Positions 39,354 to 51,600 of a DNA stretch of 64,000 bases are shown in pieces; the first letter of the stretch is position 1; every line of letters starts with the position of its first letter. Source of the stretch: Planctomycetota bacterium. GTDB lineage: Bacteria; Planctomycetota; GCA-002687715; CAIWVZ01. The position numbers and the translations under genes are program-made. The DNA lies in contig JBGANV010000001.1 of the NCBI GenBank assembly GCA_044222185.1, positions 384,001 through 448,000 of the forward strand, read 5' to 3'. The notes under the pieces are model-generated. The model saw only the letters and a program-made list of their open reading frames with translations. It ran no database searches and was not told the DNA's origin.

Positions 39354-40396
39354 CGGACCGGTCCCCGCAGGGCGCGGGGGCCGACCGACGGCGGCCCGCT
39401 TTCGAGAGGTTGTGCTTCGGCGTCGCGGCGGTCGTCTCGATCGTCGCGGCCGGGTGCTGGACGTGGCGACTCGTCATGCCGCCGCTCGAGGTGTACCTCC
39501 CTTCGGGCCTGATCGACTCCATGGTGTATTGCCCGCGGGGCGTCCTGCGCGCCGCCCCGGCTCAGCCCGCGCTCACGGTCGGCGACTTCTGGATCGACCG
39601 GTTCGAGGTCACGCAAGCGGACTTCAAGCGGTTCGTCGAGGCCACGGGGTACCGGCCTGCGGGAAGTTGGGACCGCATGCCGCGCGAGCGCCAGATGGGC
39701 GCCGACGAGTGTCCCGTCAGCGGCGTCTCGCTGATCGACGCACGCGCCTTCGCGGCGTGGTCGGGCAAGCGAATCCCGACGGCGGCCGAGTGGGACTGGG
39801 CAGCGAGCGGTCCCACGGGCCGGCGCTTTCCATGGAACGAGGGCTACGCGCCGAACTACGCGAACACCGTCGAGCTTCAGCTCAACCAGCCGACGCGAAT
39901 CGGCACCTTCTACAACGGCCGTTCACAGTTCTGCGGGGCGTACGACCTCGTGGGGAACGTGGCCGAATGGACGGAAACGCAGGTGCGCACGGGCTTCGAG
40001 TCCCGGTACGTCGTCCGCGGCGGCTCGTTTCGAGTTTCCGGCGTCGACGCGATGCCAACGCCGTCCGTGGGCGAGGCCGGCGTCGAGGACCACGCATCGC
40101 AGTGGGACCGCGCGCAGCTCGAACACATGGCCACGTGGGCGACCGACATCGGCTTCCGTTGTGTCGTCGATCGGACGGCGGCGGAGGCCGACCAGGCGTT
40201 GCGACACGCCGTCCTGCGCCTCGGCGCACGGGATCCCGTGGGCTATGTGGCCGAGGTCCTTCCGGCGAGACGTACGATCATGGAACTGGGAGCGCGCGTC
40301 TCTGCGCGAACGCTGCAGGATGCCCTGAGGATCCAGCGCGAGGACGTGGTCCGCGAGCGGATCGGGGAGGTACTGCGTGCGCTCGAATCCCGCTGA
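39350..40396 (+). CDS. Membrane-anchored FGE-sulfatase (SUMF1) domain protein
   Basis: IDRFEVT, PVSGVS..DA, RIPTAAEW, YDLVGNVAEW, VRGGSF, IGFRCV. Confidence 0.88.
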   Translation: MTDRSPQGAGADRRRPAFERLCFGVAAVVSIVAAGCWTWRLVMPPLEVYLPSGLIDSMVYCPRGVLRAAPAQPALTVGDFWIDRFEVTQADFKRFVEATGYRPAGSWDRMPRERQMGADECPVSGVSLIDARAFAAWSGKRIPTAAEWDWAASGPTGRRFPWNEGYAPNYANTVELQLNQPTRIGTFYNGRSQFCGAYDLVGNVAEWTETQVRTGFESRYVVRGGSFRVSGVDAMPTPSVGEAGVEDHASQWDRAQLEHMATWATDIGFRCVVDRTAAEADQALRHAVLRLGARDPVGYVAEVLPARRTIMELGARVSARTLQDALRIQREDVVRERIGEVLRALESR

Positions 40397-40432
40397 CGCC
40401 GTGAGCTACGGCACCAACGGCGTGCCGGTCAG

Positions 40433-41344
40433 ATGACCGACGCGCCGTCGTTCCGCGTTCCCGCCACGCCGCGTGAGATCCGCGATGCGCTTGCCGCTGC
40501 GGGACTCACGGCCCACAAGCGTTTCGGCCAGAACTTTCTGGGCGACGCTCGCGTTCTCGACCGGATCATGGAGCAAGCCTCGATCACGCCGGGGGAACTC
40601 GTCCTCGAGGTAGGACCTGGCCTCGGGGTCCTGACGGCGCGACTCCTGGCCGCGGGCGCGCGACTCATCGCCGTCGAGATCGACCACGGGCTTGCACGCC
40701 AGATCCGAGCCACGTTCGGCAACCACCCTCGGTTGACGCTCATCGAGGGGGATGTACTCGACGGGAAGCAGGCACTTTCCCGCCTGGTGCTCGACGCGCT
40801 GCGCGAGTCGGCGCCATCGGCATCGTCCGCCGGGTTTTCCGTCGTCGCCAACCTTCCGTACTCGATCTCGAGCCCGTTCCTCATCGGCCTCCTCGCGCCG
40901 CCGGGGCCGCCGCGACGAGCGACGGTGATGCTCCAACGTGAGGTTGCCGACGTGCTCATGGCCAGGCCGGGGTCCGACGAGTACTCGGCGCTGTCTCTGC
41001 TGGCGCAGGTGTTCGTGAACGTCCGGCGCGCGTTCGACGTGGGCCCCAGCGCCTTTCACCCACGCCCGGAGGTGGACTCGAGCGTCGTCGTGATCGAGCC
41101 GCGCTCCGACGTCGCAATTCCGTTCAGACCGTTCCTGGAATTTTCTCGCCGGCTGTTTCAGCAGCGGAGGAAGGCGCTTCGGTCGTCGCTCGTGATGCGG
41201 TTCGGCATCACGGCGGCGGAGGCCGTCGCAGCGCTGTCGGCGGCGGGGCTTACGGCGGACGACCGTGTCGACAACGTCGATGCGGCCGCTCTCGTCCGCC
41301 TGTTCGGGCAGCTCGGCGGACGGATCGACCCGGACGACGGGTGA
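40433..41344 (+). CDS. rsmA: 16S rRNA adenine dimethyltransferase
   Basis: KRFGQNFL, LEVGPGLG, VANLPYSIS, MLQREVA, FHPRPEVDS, FQQRRK. Confidence 0.95.
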   Translation: MTDAPSFRVPATPREIRDALAAAGLTAHKRFGQNFLGDARVLDRIMEQASITPGELVLEVGPGLGVLTARLLAAGARLIAVEIDHGLARQIRATFGNHPRLTLIEGDVLDGKQALSRLVLDALRESAPSASSAGFSVVANLPYSISSPFLIGLLAPPGPPRRATVMLQREVADVLMARPGSDEYSALSLLAQVFVNVRRAFDVGPSAFHPRPEVDSSVVVIEPRSDVAIPFRPFLEFSRRLFQQRRKALRSSLVMRFGITAAEAVAALSAAGLTADDRVDNVDAAALVRLFGQLGGRIDPDDG

Positions 41345-41423
41345 GGCCGGCCGTTCAGCCGCCGTGGGGCTCTCGCCGTCGGCTGGTACCATGCCCACCC
41401 CGCGCGTGCGTCGTGCGCGCGGC

Positions 41424-43280
41424 GTGGACTTGCGCACTCGCCCGGTGGTTTCCAGCGGCCCATCCGACTCCGTAGAACGCGTTCGCGCGGCGAATGACAT
41501 CGTCGACGTCATCTCGTCCTACGTCCCTTTGAAGCGGAGCGGCCGATCGTTCAAAGCGTGCTGCCCGTTCCACGACGAGAAGACGCCCTCTTTCCACGTC
41601 ACACCCGATCGGCAGATCTTCAAGTGCTTCGGTTGCGGCGTCGGGGGGTCCGTCTTCGATTTCGTGATGCGCGCCGAGAAGATGACCTTCGGCGAGGCCT
41701 TGCGCCATCTGGCGGAGAAGGCCGGGATCGAACTCGAGCCCGAGAGGCCCGGCGTTCAGGAAAAGCGCAACATGCGCCGGGAGCAGCTGCGCGCCATGGA
41801 TTGGGCGGCGCGTGTGTTCCGGCGCAACCTGGGGCGGCCCGAGGGCGAAGCCTGCAGGGCGTACCTGGAGAAACGCGGGATCGCCCAATCGATGATCGAC
41901 GCGTTCGGCCTGGGCTACGCCCCCGCAGGTTGGCGCAATCTCCTCCAGCTCGCCTACGACAAGAGCGTGCCGGTCGATCTGCTCGAATCGACCGGGCTGG
42001 TGCTGCGCAGCCGGGAGCGCAACGGTCTCTACGATGCTTTCCGTGACAGGCTGATGTTCCCGATCCGCAACGCCCAGGGTGACGTGATCGCCTTCGGCGG
42101 ACGTTGCCTGGACGGCTCCGAACCCAAATATCTGAACTCACCGGAGACGGAGCTCTTCCAGAAACGCCTCACGGTTTACGGGGTCGAAAGACTTCGGGAA
42201 CTCAAGCGTGATGAGCCCGTGCTCGTCATGGAGGGTTACACCGACGTCATCATGGCAACCCAGGTGGGCGTGCGGGGGGCCGTCGCGACCCTGGGTACGT
42301 CGCTCACGCAGGATCACGTGCGCCTCCTGGCGCGTTACGCGGAACGGGTGATCCTCGTCTACGACGGCGACCGGGCCGGCAATGCCGCCACCGTGCGCGC
42401 CATTCCACTCCTGCTGGGGCGCGGCCTCGACCTGCGGGTCGTGCTCCTGCCCGGGGGACAGGACCCCTGCGATTTCTTCCTCGAGCGGGGTGCCCAGGGG
42501 ATCGACGACCTCCTCCCACACACCCGTGAGCTGGGGGATTACCTGATCGCGCAGACCTGCGGCACGTTCGACCTGGCGACCCTGGATGGCAAACGCCGCG
42601 CCGCCGCGTTCCTCGGGGAATTGTGCGCCCTCGTGGATGACACCGTGACGCGCGAAGCCCTGCTCGCACGAGGGGCGCAGGCGATCGGGGTGCAGCTCGG
42701 GACGCTCGCCGCGGTCATCGCCAAGGCGAGAAAGCCGCAAGGCGCGGCTGCTGGTACCCGGCCGCCGGAATCCGCTCCCCGACCTGCCGGTGAGGTGCGG
42801 GGTATGCTCCCCGGTCGCGGTGGGTCGACGCCCGCCCGACGCCGAGCCTTCGACGACATCATGGACTGCTGTTTCAACGCACCGAGCATCGTCAGCGAGG
42901 CCGCCGGGCGGCTCACGCCGGACCACTTTCTGCCGGACGAAGCACAGGTCCGCGACCTGGTGCTCGGCGTTCTCTCTGCAATCGACATGGACCCCCAGAT
43001 CCCGGCGGTCCAGCTCCTTTGCACGATCGCCAACCCTGAAACCCGCTCGTGGGCGGCCGGCCTGCTGCGGGAGGCGGATCCCACACTCTTGCGAGACCAG
43101 CTTGAAGGTGCGCTCTTCTACTTGGAAAATGGCCGGCTCGAGCGAGAAATCGAAACGCTGGCGGAGCAAGCCATGTTCGCCGACAGCGATGATGCGCTGC
43201 GACGACTGTCGGAAGCAAAGTTGATGGCTGAGCAGTTGCGAAGAAAGAGGACGCGCTTGTCACCCGGGGGCCCAGCGTGA
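41424..43280 (+). CDS. dnaG: DNA primase (start uncertain, 41424 or 41445)
   Basis: [46 protein letters not shown]; TGGTACCAT extended -10 at 41384-41392 argues against the earlier ATG. Confidence 0.95.
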   Translation: MDLRTRPVVSSGPSDSVERVRAANDIVDVISSYVPLKRSGRSFKACCPFHDEKTPSFHVTPDRQIFKCFGCGVGGSVFDFVMRAEKMTFGEALRHLAEKAGIELEPERPGVQEKRNMRREQLRAMDWAARVFRRNLGRPEGEACRAYLEKRGIAQSMIDAFGLGYAPAGWRNLLQLAYDKSVPVDLLESTGLVLRSRERNGLYDAFRDRLMFPIRNAQGDVIAFGGRCLDGSEPKYLNSPETELFQKRLTVYGVERLRELKRDEPVLVMEGYTDVIMATQVGVRGAVATLGTSLTQDHVRLLARYAERVILVYDGDRAGNAATVRAIPLLLGRGLDLRVVLLPGGQDPCDFFLERGAQGIDDLLPHTRELGDYLIAQTCGTFDLATLDGKRRAAAFLGELCALVDDTVTREALLARGAQAIGVQLGTLAAVIAKARKPQGAAAGTRPPESAPRPAGEVRGMLPGRGGSTPARRRAFDDIMDCCFNAPSIVSEAAGRLTPDHFLPDEAQVRDLVLGVLSAIDMDPQIPAVQLLCTIANPETRSWAAGLLREADPTLLRDQLEGALFYLENGRLEREIETLAEQAMFADSDDALRRLSEAKLMAEQLRRKRTRLSPGGPA

Positions 43281-45025
43281 ACGCGAATCGCCGTCGTCCG
43301 GGTCGTGGGCGCTCCGAGGCACCTTCCACGGAGCCGCGTCCCGCACCCATCGCCGAGTTTCCGACTCTCGTGGCCGAAGGCCGCAAGGCCGGGTTCCTCA
43401 CCTACGAGCGGGTCAACGCCGCCATTCCCGCCGACATCATCTCGCCCGACAAGCTGGAAGAAGTCCTCACGGCGCTGCAGGAAGAGGGCATCGAGGTCGT
43501 CGACGAGGACGACTCCATCGGCCGTCGGTTCGAGAAGACGGCGAGCACCGATGATGAGGAGCGCGATCAGGCGGTTATCATCGCCGAGATGGGCCGTGAG
43601 GAAGAGGAAACCGAGGATGAGGCGGCTGCGCCAGCCGGCCCCGTCGAGAAGATCGACGACCCGGTCCGGATGTATCTCACCCAGATGGGCGAGATCCCCC
43701 TGCTCACCCGCGAGCAGGAGATTTCGCTCGCGCGCCGCATCGACATCGCGCGCCGCCTTTATCGCCAGAAGGTGCTGGAATCTGCGATCGCCGCGCAGGC
43801 AGCCGTCAAGATCTTCGACGACGTCGACCGAGGGGCTCTGGCGTTCGACCGCACGCTGAAGGTCGGAGAGCTCGACAAGGAGAACATCTCCGATCGGCTG
43901 CCCGAGAACATCGCCACGATCCGGCGACTGATCGACCGCAACCGGGACCTGTTCCAGCGGTGGCTCGGGGCCGACGGATCGCTCCCATCGGACGACGAGC
44001 GAACCCTCATTCGCGTCATCCGGAGCAACCGCCGCAAGTGTGCGCGCCTGGCCGAAGAGCTCGGCCTGCAGATCAAGCACCTCCAGCCGTTGATGGAGCT
44101 CGTGAAGACCGTCGCCGACGAGATGATCCGCCTCGACGAGGAGTGGCACGTCCTCCGCCGCGCCCGCAAGAAGAAGGAAGCGGACGTCGCCAAGGCCCGG
44201 CTCGACGAGCTCATGCTCAAGGCCGCGGAAACGCCCAATCGCATCCGCCGCCGCGTGGAGCAGATCAAACTGCGTTTCGACGCCTACGAGGAAGCGAAGC
44301 GCCACCTGTCCTCGGGCAACCTGCGCCTCGTCGTCAGCATCGCGAAGAAGTACCGCAACCGCGGCCTCACCTTCCTCGACCTGATCCAGGAGGGGAACAC
44401 GGGGCTCATGAAGGCCGTCGAGAAGTACGAGTACCAGCGCGGGTACAAGTTCTCGACCTACGCCACGTGGTGGATCCGCCAGGCCATCACCAGATCGATC
44501 GCCGATCAGGCGCGGACCATCCGAATCCCGGTCCACATGATCGAGACCATGAGCAAGCTGCGGAACGTCGCGAAGCGCCTGCTCCAGGTCAACGGCCGCG
44601 AGCCGACCGTGGACGAGATCGCGGCCGAAGCCGGCGTCTCGGTCGACGAGACGAAGCGCGTCTTGAAGATCGCGAAGCATCCGATCTCCCTCGACCGCCC
44701 CGTCGGGGACTCGGACGACTCGTACTTCGGCGATTTCATCGAGGACCCGACGGCGGAATCTCCGGTCTCGACGGCCTCCAATCGCATGCTGAAGGACCAG
44801 ATCGAGGAGGTCCTCCAGACGCTGAACTACCGTGAGCGCGAGATCCTGAAGCTTCGGTACGGGATTGGCGACGGCTACACGTACACGCTCGAAGAGGTCG
44901 GCCGCATCTTCAAGGTGACGCGCGAGCGCGTGCGGCAGATCGAAGCGAAGGCAGTGCTGAAACTCCAGCATCCGATGCGCGCCCGGAAGCTCGAAGGCTT
45001 CCTCGAGGGCTCGACTCAATCATGA
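43277..45025 (+). CDS. rpoD: Primary sigma-70 factor
   Basis: Region 1.1, [56 protein letters not shown]. Confidence 0.97.
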   Translation: MNANRRRPGRGRSEAPSTEPRPAPIAEFPTLVAEGRKAGFLTYERVNAAIPADIISPDKLEEVLTALQEEGIEVVDEDDSIGRRFEKTASTDDEERDQAVIIAEMGREEEETEDEAAAPAGPVEKIDDPVRMYLTQMGEIPLLTREQEISLARRIDIARRLYRQKVLESAIAAQAAVKIFDDVDRGALAFDRTLKVGELDKENISDRLPENIATIRRLIDRNRDLFQRWLGADGSLPSDDERTLIRVIRSNRRKCARLAEELGLQIKHLQPLMELVKTVADEMIRLDEEWHVLRRARKKKEADVAKARLDELMLKAAETPNRIRRRVEQIKLRFDAYEEAKRHLSSGNLRLVVSIAKKYRNRGLTFLDLIQEGNTGLMKAVEKYEYQRGYKFSTYATWWIRQAITRSIADQARTIRIPVHMIETMSKLRNVAKRLLQVNGREPTVDEIAAEAGVSVDETKRVLKIAKHPISLDRPVGDSDDSYFGDFIEDPTAESPVSTASNRMLKDQIEEVLQTLNYREREILKLRYGIGDGYTYTLEEVGRIFKVTRERVRQIEAKAVLKLQHPMRARKLEGFLEGSTQS

Positions 45026-45076
45026 CGGTCGCCACCCCGCCGGCCGTCCTGTGGTGCACTGGCTGTCGGCGGTGAG

Positions 45077-45787
45077 GTGTCCATGCCGATCAACGAGAAA
45101 CTGCGATCGTTCCTGAAACTGCAAGAGATCGACGCCGAGCGCTGGCAGCTTCGCAAGGTGCTCGAGGCCGGCGAGAAGCGCCGTGAGGATCCCCGCAAGC
45201 GCCTGGCGGCCGCCCGACAGGTCGCGGCGCAGGCCGAAGCCCAGAAGATCGAGAAGGAGAAAGCCCTCGCCGACGCGCAGCTGCGCGTGAAGCTCGGCGA
45301 GGAGCAGCTCAAGAAGCTCGAAGAGCAGATGCGCCTTCTCCACTCCGGTCGCGAATACCGGACGATGGAGAATCAGATCAAGGGCAAGAAGGCGGACAAC
45401 TCGCTCATCGAGACGGAGATTCTCCAGCACATGGAGTCGCTCGAGGCTGCGAAGAAGACCCACAACGAGGCCCAGGACGCCCTTCGCGTCGTGACGGACG
45501 AGTCCAAGCGAGTCGACGCCGAGGTGTCGAAGAACGCGCTCAATTCGCTCACGCGGCTCGAAGAGCTGGATGTCCTCGCGAAGGAAGCGGAGCGACCCTG
45601 CGATCGGGACATCCTGACGCAGTACAAGGTGTTGTTGACGCGCCGCAACGGCGTGGCGATCGCGCCGATCGTCAACCGCATCTGCCAGGGCTGCTACACG
45701 GCAGCGACGCCGAACGAGGAACACCGTGCGATGGCCGGACAGTTGCTCACCTGCAGCTCCTGCCAGCGCTACATCTACCTGCCCTGA
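45077..45787 (+). CDS. Coiled-coil protein with C4 zinc ribbon (DUF164/CT398-like)
   Basis: LQEID, long coiled coil, CQGC...CSSCQRYIY. Confidence 0.88.
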   Translation: MSMPINEKLRSFLKLQEIDAERWQLRKVLEAGEKRREDPRKRLAAARQVAAQAEAQKIEKEKALADAQLRVKLGEEQLKKLEEQMRLLHSGREYRTMENQIKGKKADNSLIETEILQHMESLEAAKKTHNEAQDALRVVTDESKRVDAEVSKNALNSLTRLEELDVLAKEAERPCDRDILTQYKVLLTRRNGVAIAPIVNRICQGCYTAATPNEEHRAMAGQLLTCSSCQRYIYLP

Positions 45788-45957
45788 TTCGCGGCAGGGG
45801 ACCCCGCATCGGGCGGCTGCCAACGGCCGCCCCGCGCAGGTCCGAGTGTTCGTCCTGAACCGCGACGCCCCGGCAGGCTCGCTCGCGCGGCCGTCGTCGG
45901 GAGGCGGGGCGTCGCCTCCCTTGATCGCACCAGCGGGCGCGGCGGCGCCCGGTTCCT

Positions 45958-46446
45958 CTATCGGCCGCGCTTCTTCGGCGCGCGCTTCTTCGGCGAGGCC
46001 TGCTTCTTGTTGCCCGCGCGGATCCGATCGTTCATGGCGGTGAAATAGGCCAGGAGCTGGTCGTGATCGGGGAGCGAACGGCACAACGCCTCGGTGTTCT
46101 GGAACGCCGTCGGGCGCGACGCCGCACGGATCTGGTCGATGAAGGGGGCGATCTTCGAGAAGTGGAAGAAGAACTCGCGCGACGTCTTCACGCACAGGTC
46201 CCGACACTCGGGCGAGACTCCGCCTGAGAGCAGCAGCGTCGCGATCATCTCCCAGTAGCTCGTCGCCTGCCGCCAGAAACGGTTGGCGTCGGGCCCGGCC
46301 TTGCCGGTCATCACGGCTTCGACTTCCTTGAAGGTCTTCGGCGTGAAGTTGTTCATCCACTCGCGGGCTTCGCGCAGCACGGGCTCGCGGCGCTGCTCGT
46401 AAAGATGCAGGCAGAACCAGACGTCGTCGCGGGTCGGCGTTCCCAT
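45958..46446 (-). CDS. Hypothetical protein (DUF4760-like)
   Basis: LYEQRRE..LREAR..W...SYWEMIATL pattern; RBS GGAAGGA; family from recall. Confidence 0.7.
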   Translation of the reverse strand: MGTPTRDDVWFCLHLYEQRREPVLREAREWMNNFTPKTFKEVEAVMTGKAGPDANRFWRQATSYWEMIATLLLSGGVSPECRDLCVKTSREFFFHFSKIAPFIDQIRAASRPTAFQNTEALCRSLPDHDQLLAYFTAMNDRIRAGNKKQASPKKRAPKKRGR

Positions 46447-46579
46447 CGTCATTCCTTCCAATCGGTGTTTCCCAGGGCCATCGGAGCGTCACCGGGGGTC
46501 GGAGACGCTTGTCCTGCCCGCACGCGCGGCCTACCGTGCACGTCCGCGAGTCTCGTTCCCGATAGCCACCGGAGAGTCC

Positions 46580-47692
46580 ATGGGGTTCAAGTGCGGCATC
46601 GTCGGTCTGCCGAACGTCGGCAAGTCCACGATCTTCAACGCGATCACGGCCACGCAGAACGCGCAGGCCGCCAATTATCCCTTCTGCACCATCGAGCCCA
46701 ACGTGGGAACGGTGGCCGTTCCGGATCCCCGTCTCGAGTCCCTCGCCGCGATCGTGAATCCGGCGAAGATCGTCCACACGCTCATGCAGTTCGTGGACAT
46801 CGCGGGCCTCGTTCGAGGTGCCAGCAAAGGGGAAGGCCTGGGGAATCAGTTTCTCAGTCACATCCGGGAGGTCGAGGCGGTGGCGCACGTCGTGCGCTGC
46901 TTCGATGACCCGGACGTGATCCACGTCGACGGAGCGCCCAATCCCGAGCGGGACATCGGCGTGATCGATACGGAGCTGGCGTTGAAGGACCTGGAAACGG
47001 TCCGGCAGCGCAAGGAGCGGACGTCGCGGGTCGTTCGCACGGGAGACAAGGGCGCCAAGGCCGAGATGGACTTTCTCGACAAGGCCGAAGCGCACCTCGA
47101 CTCCGGCAAGCCCATTCGCTCGCTCGAGGGATGGCGTGACGATCCCACGTTCGGACCCCTCGTCCGAAAGGAGCTGTCACTCCTCACGGGCAAGCCCGTG
47201 GTCTATGTGGCGAACGTGCACGAAAAGGACCTACCGGACGGGAACGCGAAATACGTGGACGAAGTTCGCCGTATCGCCAAATCCGAGAGCGCGGGCGTCG
47301 TCGTCATCTGCGGGAAGCTCGAAGCGGAGGTCGCCCAGCTTCCGGAGGAGGAACGAGCCACGTTCCTCCAGGAGATGGGCTTGAAGGAGACGGGGCTCGC
47401 CAGCGTGATCCGCGCGGGCTACTCGCTGCTCGGACTTCGCACGTTCTTCACGGCGGGGCCCAAGGAGGCCCGGGCTTGGACCATTCCCGCGGGGGCGACT
47501 GCGCCGCAAGCGGCGGGCGTCATCCACACCGACTTCGAGCGCGGTTTCATTCGCGCCGAGACGATCGCCTACGCCGATTACCTCTCCTGCAAGGGGGAGG
47601 CCGGCGCCAAGGAGGCGGGGCGGCTGCGGATCGAAGGCAAGACCTACGTCGTCCAGGACGGCGACGTCATGCACTTCCGCTTCAACGTGTAG
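46580..47692 (+). CDS. ychF: Ribosome-binding ATPase YchF
   Basis: [65 protein letters not shown]. Confidence 0.98.
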   Translation: MGFKCGIVGLPNVGKSTIFNAITATQNAQAANYPFCTIEPNVGTVAVPDPRLESLAAIVNPAKIVHTLMQFVDIAGLVRGASKGEGLGNQFLSHIREVEAVAHVVRCFDDPDVIHVDGAPNPERDIGVIDTELALKDLETVRQRKERTSRVVRTGDKGAKAEMDFLDKAEAHLDSGKPIRSLEGWRDDPTFGPLVRKELSLLTGKPVVYVANVHEKDLPDGNAKYVDEVRRIAKSESAGVVVICGKLEAEVAQLPEEERATFLQEMGLKETGLASVIRAGYSLLGLRTFFTAGPKEARAWTIPAGATAPQAAGVIHTDFERGFIRAETIAYADYLSCKGEAGAKEAGRLRIEGKTYVVQDGDVMHFRFNV

Positions 47693-48270
47693 ACCGGCTG
47701 GCTCGGCCCTCGGACGCCCGACGGCGCGCGCGCCGGGCGGGCGTAGTGGTCGTGTCCGAGCTGGCGCGGCAGGCCGTGCTGCCCAACGAGCGCGGTGGGC
47801 GCGCGTCGTCGATGGGAGCCCCGCCGTGACGGTCGCCGGGTTCGTGACGACATCGGGCAACCCGTCCGTCCACCTCGGCGCCTCGGGCCGCACACCGAAT
47901 GGGGCCGGACCCGTAGCCTCCACCGTCCCCGGGAACGCACCTTCGCCGAGCCGCCCCGTATCGCTGGCGGCGGCGTGTTGCAGCCGGGTTGCCCGGGTTC
48001 ACGTCCTGCCTCCGGGCGCTTCGGTGCGATGCCGCGATCGGGCCGTCTCGGCGTTCGACCGTCGCGTGCCCGCTGGGTTGAGATGCGCGTTCCCGGCGGC
48101 GCGTCTTTCGCGGACGCGGGTCGTGACGAGCCTCCGGCCGAGCGGCGCGCAACGGCGCTCCCGCCTCACGATGCGCTGACCATCCGGCGTGCGATGCGGA
48201 AGGGCCGCGTCCGTCCGACCGGTCCAACGGTGGGAGGAGAAGCCCGCCGCCGGCCCTCGCCGGCGACGGA

Positions 48271-48650
48271 GGGGAAGACCTGTAAGCCGGGTTTTGTTCC
48301 CCGAGGGAGGCGGCGGTCATTCATCTGGGACGGCCGTTGCCGGACGCCTCGAACGACCTACCCGACAGTTTGAAGGTGCGGGCCGCACCTTGCCGGCTTG
48401 CGCCGGCTCCTGTCCTATTTGGTCTTTCTTCGGATGGGGTTTGCCGTGCCCGCGGCGTCACCGTCGCGGCGGTGGGCTCTTACCCCACCGTTTCACCCTT
48501 GCCTGATCCGCGTGAGCGGCCATCGGCGGTTTGCTTTCTGTTGCACTGTCCCGGGCCTTGCGGCCGGTGGTCGTTAGCCACCATCCTGCCCTGTGAAGCC
48601 CGGACTTTCCTCGGCGCGCGGATGCGCGACGCGATCGCCCAGTCTTCCCC
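48271..48650 (-). ncRNA. rnpB: RNase P RNA (class A)
   Basis: Minus strand GAGGAAAGTCCGGGC, AGTGCAACAGAAA, GGGTGAAACGG, AAAACCCGGCTTA; P1 helix GGGGAAGAC/GTCTTCCCC. Confidence 0.95.
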
Positions 48651-48658
48651 GAACGCGA

Positions 48659-48667
48659 AGGTTACCA
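48659..48667 (-). promoter_or_regulatory. Extended -10 promoter of rnpB
   Basis: TGGTAACCT 8 nt upstream of the P1 5' strand. Confidence 0.65.
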
Positions 48668-48686
48668 GATCGCTGCGACTCCGCAC

Positions 48687-51600
48687 TCAGATCGACACGG
48701 TCACGACCGGTGTGATCACGCCCTCGGACGTGGTTCCGTCGAGGCCCACGATCCCCTGGAAATGCACGCTGACCCCAGGCGCGTTCGGCACGACGAAGTT
48801 GTAGTTCGCCGAGCCGCCAGCCGGGATCGTGCCCGCGAGGACGATGGGGATGACGCTCGCCGGGTCGTACACGTCGATGCTCGCCATGCCGAATCCGGGG
48901 TAGAAGGTAGGCGCGAGTGCGATCGACGCGAAGATGACGTAGGGATCGCCCGCATCGCCGTTCACGGTCAGCGTGAACGTCCCCCCGGGCGATTGGGATC
49001 CGGATCCTGCGAGCGGCGGTGGCCGCGTCACATGATGGCCGTAGATCCGCACGTCGTCCACGTTCCACCCGCCCAGGCTCCCGCCCGGGTCCGACAGGAG
49101 GTCGTAGCGGATCTGGACACCGGTTTGGAGATCGGCGACCGCCGCGAGGTCCAGCACCTGCCGTTTCCACGAGTAGTCGAGGAACGACCCGCTTCCGGGG
49201 GCGAACTGCCAGAGCGTCGTGAACGTGCTGGACGCGCTGCGTGCGTAGATCCGCGCGCGGTCGCCGGATGCCCCGTCGTCGCTGACCGTGAGCCAGCGAC
49301 GGTAGGCGAGCCGGACGTGATCGAGCTGGGAGCAGTCGACCTGCGGTGAGTCGAGCCATTGCAGCGTGTTCCCGCTGTAGACCGGCGTCGACCAGAAGAC
49401 GTTCCCGTTCGGGGTCGGAGGGTTGGCCGTCGCGATGCGCGTCGCGAACACGAAGCTTCCCTCGGCCGCGGCGTGCGGGTCGTAGTTGAGCAGGATGTTG
49501 GACAGGCAGGGAATGCAGTGGGGCGTGTTCGTGAGCACGCCTCGGATCCAGTCGTTCGTACCGGATCCGCCGTACGCCGGGTTGGGGCCCGCGCCCGAAA
49601 CCCAGCCGCCGGCGTTGGCCTCGAACCCTTCACGCAGCACCGTCGTTCGCCGGAACACGTGGAGCGTGTGGAATTGGATCGGCGCCGACGGCGGCGACGT
49701 TCCGACGGCCGATGCCGAGTCGCTTGCCTGGAAGTAGTAGTCGATGATGCTCCCGACGGGCTGCACGGGTATCTGCGCCGCCCAGTCCGATCCTCCGACC
49801 GGAGCCATGGGCTGCTGAGTCCAACTTCCGCCATCGAGCCTCCAGTACACGTCGGCGACGACGGTCGACAGGGCTCGCAGCGACGTCACGCGGCATTGCA
49901 ATCGGTAGGACTGGTACTGGTCCATCGAATCCTGGATCGGAACCGGCGCGATCGTCACCGGGGGGATCGGGAACGGGATCCCATGACCGAGCGTGAACCC
50001 CTGGAAGAAGAGGTCGGCGTTCGGAGTCCCATTCGTGACGTCGCCGTCGTCGTCGTCGAGCAGCAGCATCTCGAGGATCGAAAGCGTGAAGCTCAGCGGC
50101 GTGCCTGCGAAGTGGCGATAGAACCGCTCCTCGAAGGTGACGGCGCCGGCTGGCCCGTATCGCGCGACGAACAGGTTGCGCGTGTCCCACGCAGCGCCGG
50201 CCAGGATGAGGCCAACTTGATGGATCTGGGTTCCGCACGACGAGGGCCATTGGCAGCCCACGGTGAGGTCGCGAACGACGGTGCCCGGTCCCTGCCAGCC
50301 ATCACCGATGCGCGGTGTGTTCTCGACGATCGCGCCCATGGCGTCGGAAAGTCCTTCGCCCAGGTCCTGGGGAATGATCCGCCCGTTCGCCTTGTAGGTG
50401 TTCACGGTGATGAAGTGGCCGTACTCGTGAACCATGAGCGACGGCATCGTCGCCGTGTCGTAGATTCCATTTCCCGCCGCGCTGAATTGAACGGCGTTCG
50501 TCAGCGGATCGAAGGCCGCAACGCCGGGAGTCAGCCCTCCGAGCGTTCCCGGCAGTTGCGAGTCCGCCCAGACGTTCGACGGCGCGCGGGCCTTCAAGAT
50601 CGTGTGGGCCTTGGTGAGGAAGTAAGTGAGGTTGCGCTGCGTGACGGTGGAGTTCTGGTCGGTGAACGCCACGTTCCACGTCCCAGCGGGCGCGAGTTGC
50701 GTGACGTTGGCGAGCGGCGATGCGGCCGTGCAGCGAACCCAGGGGCCGTTGAGCAGGGACGAAACCACGGCGATCGACCCGAGAGTCGGCGACGTGTAGA
50801 AGCCGGTCCCGTCCGACGTGGTCGTCGCCCCATCGACGGTGACCGTCACGCCAGGGAGCGCGCGCGGCACCGGTGTTTGCCACGGAAGACGCCCCTCGTG
50901 CACCGACCCGGTGACGAGCCCGGAAAGAACGCCTGGTGGTGCGGCCGCAGGGCGGCCAGTCTCCGACCGGGCCGAGCCCCACGACGTCCCGTCGATGCTC
51001 GGGCATGGATCCTCGGCCCGGCACGAGAGCACGTCGCTCTTCGATTCCGCGACGGCTCCGGTCTCGGCGTCGACGAAAGTCGTCCACGAGCGCGGCCCGT
51101 CGGGCGCGTCCCAGCGCGACGTCACGGCGATGCATGGAACGAGAACTCGCGCCGCGTCGGTCTCTCGCACGATGATCACCTCGCTGATCGCGGCGACTTC
51201 GGCCGACTGCAACGCGAGCGCTGACGTCAACCGGGCGTCCATGCGTGTGGCTTCGCAGGCCTGCGCTGGTGAAATCTCGCGCCGGGGCTTCCAGTCGCCC
51301 GTCGCGTGGATCTCTCCGCCGAACATCACGAGTCGGCCCGACTCGTCGATTCGCAGCTCGAGTCCCGCGTTCTGGATCCGCATCCCGCCGACGGATTGAA
51401 CGAAGTGGAGATACCAGAGCCTGCCCGCGCGTACGGCCGATGCGAGCGCTTGCTGGGTCGGATCACAGCCCCAGATCCCGGCGACGAGCCGGGAATTCAC
51501 GTCCTCGGCAGCGTTGCGGATCTCGGCTTCCGAAGCACCTGGTCCGACCAGCTGAATCCCCGGTCCGGTCGCGGCGATGGGCTGCCGGGTCCGCGGGTCG

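Noticed and set aside
39350-40396. Active formylglycine-generating enzyme for sulfatase maturation
   Set aside because: After RGGSF it lacks the catalytic Cys pair of true FGE, and no sulfatase is nearby
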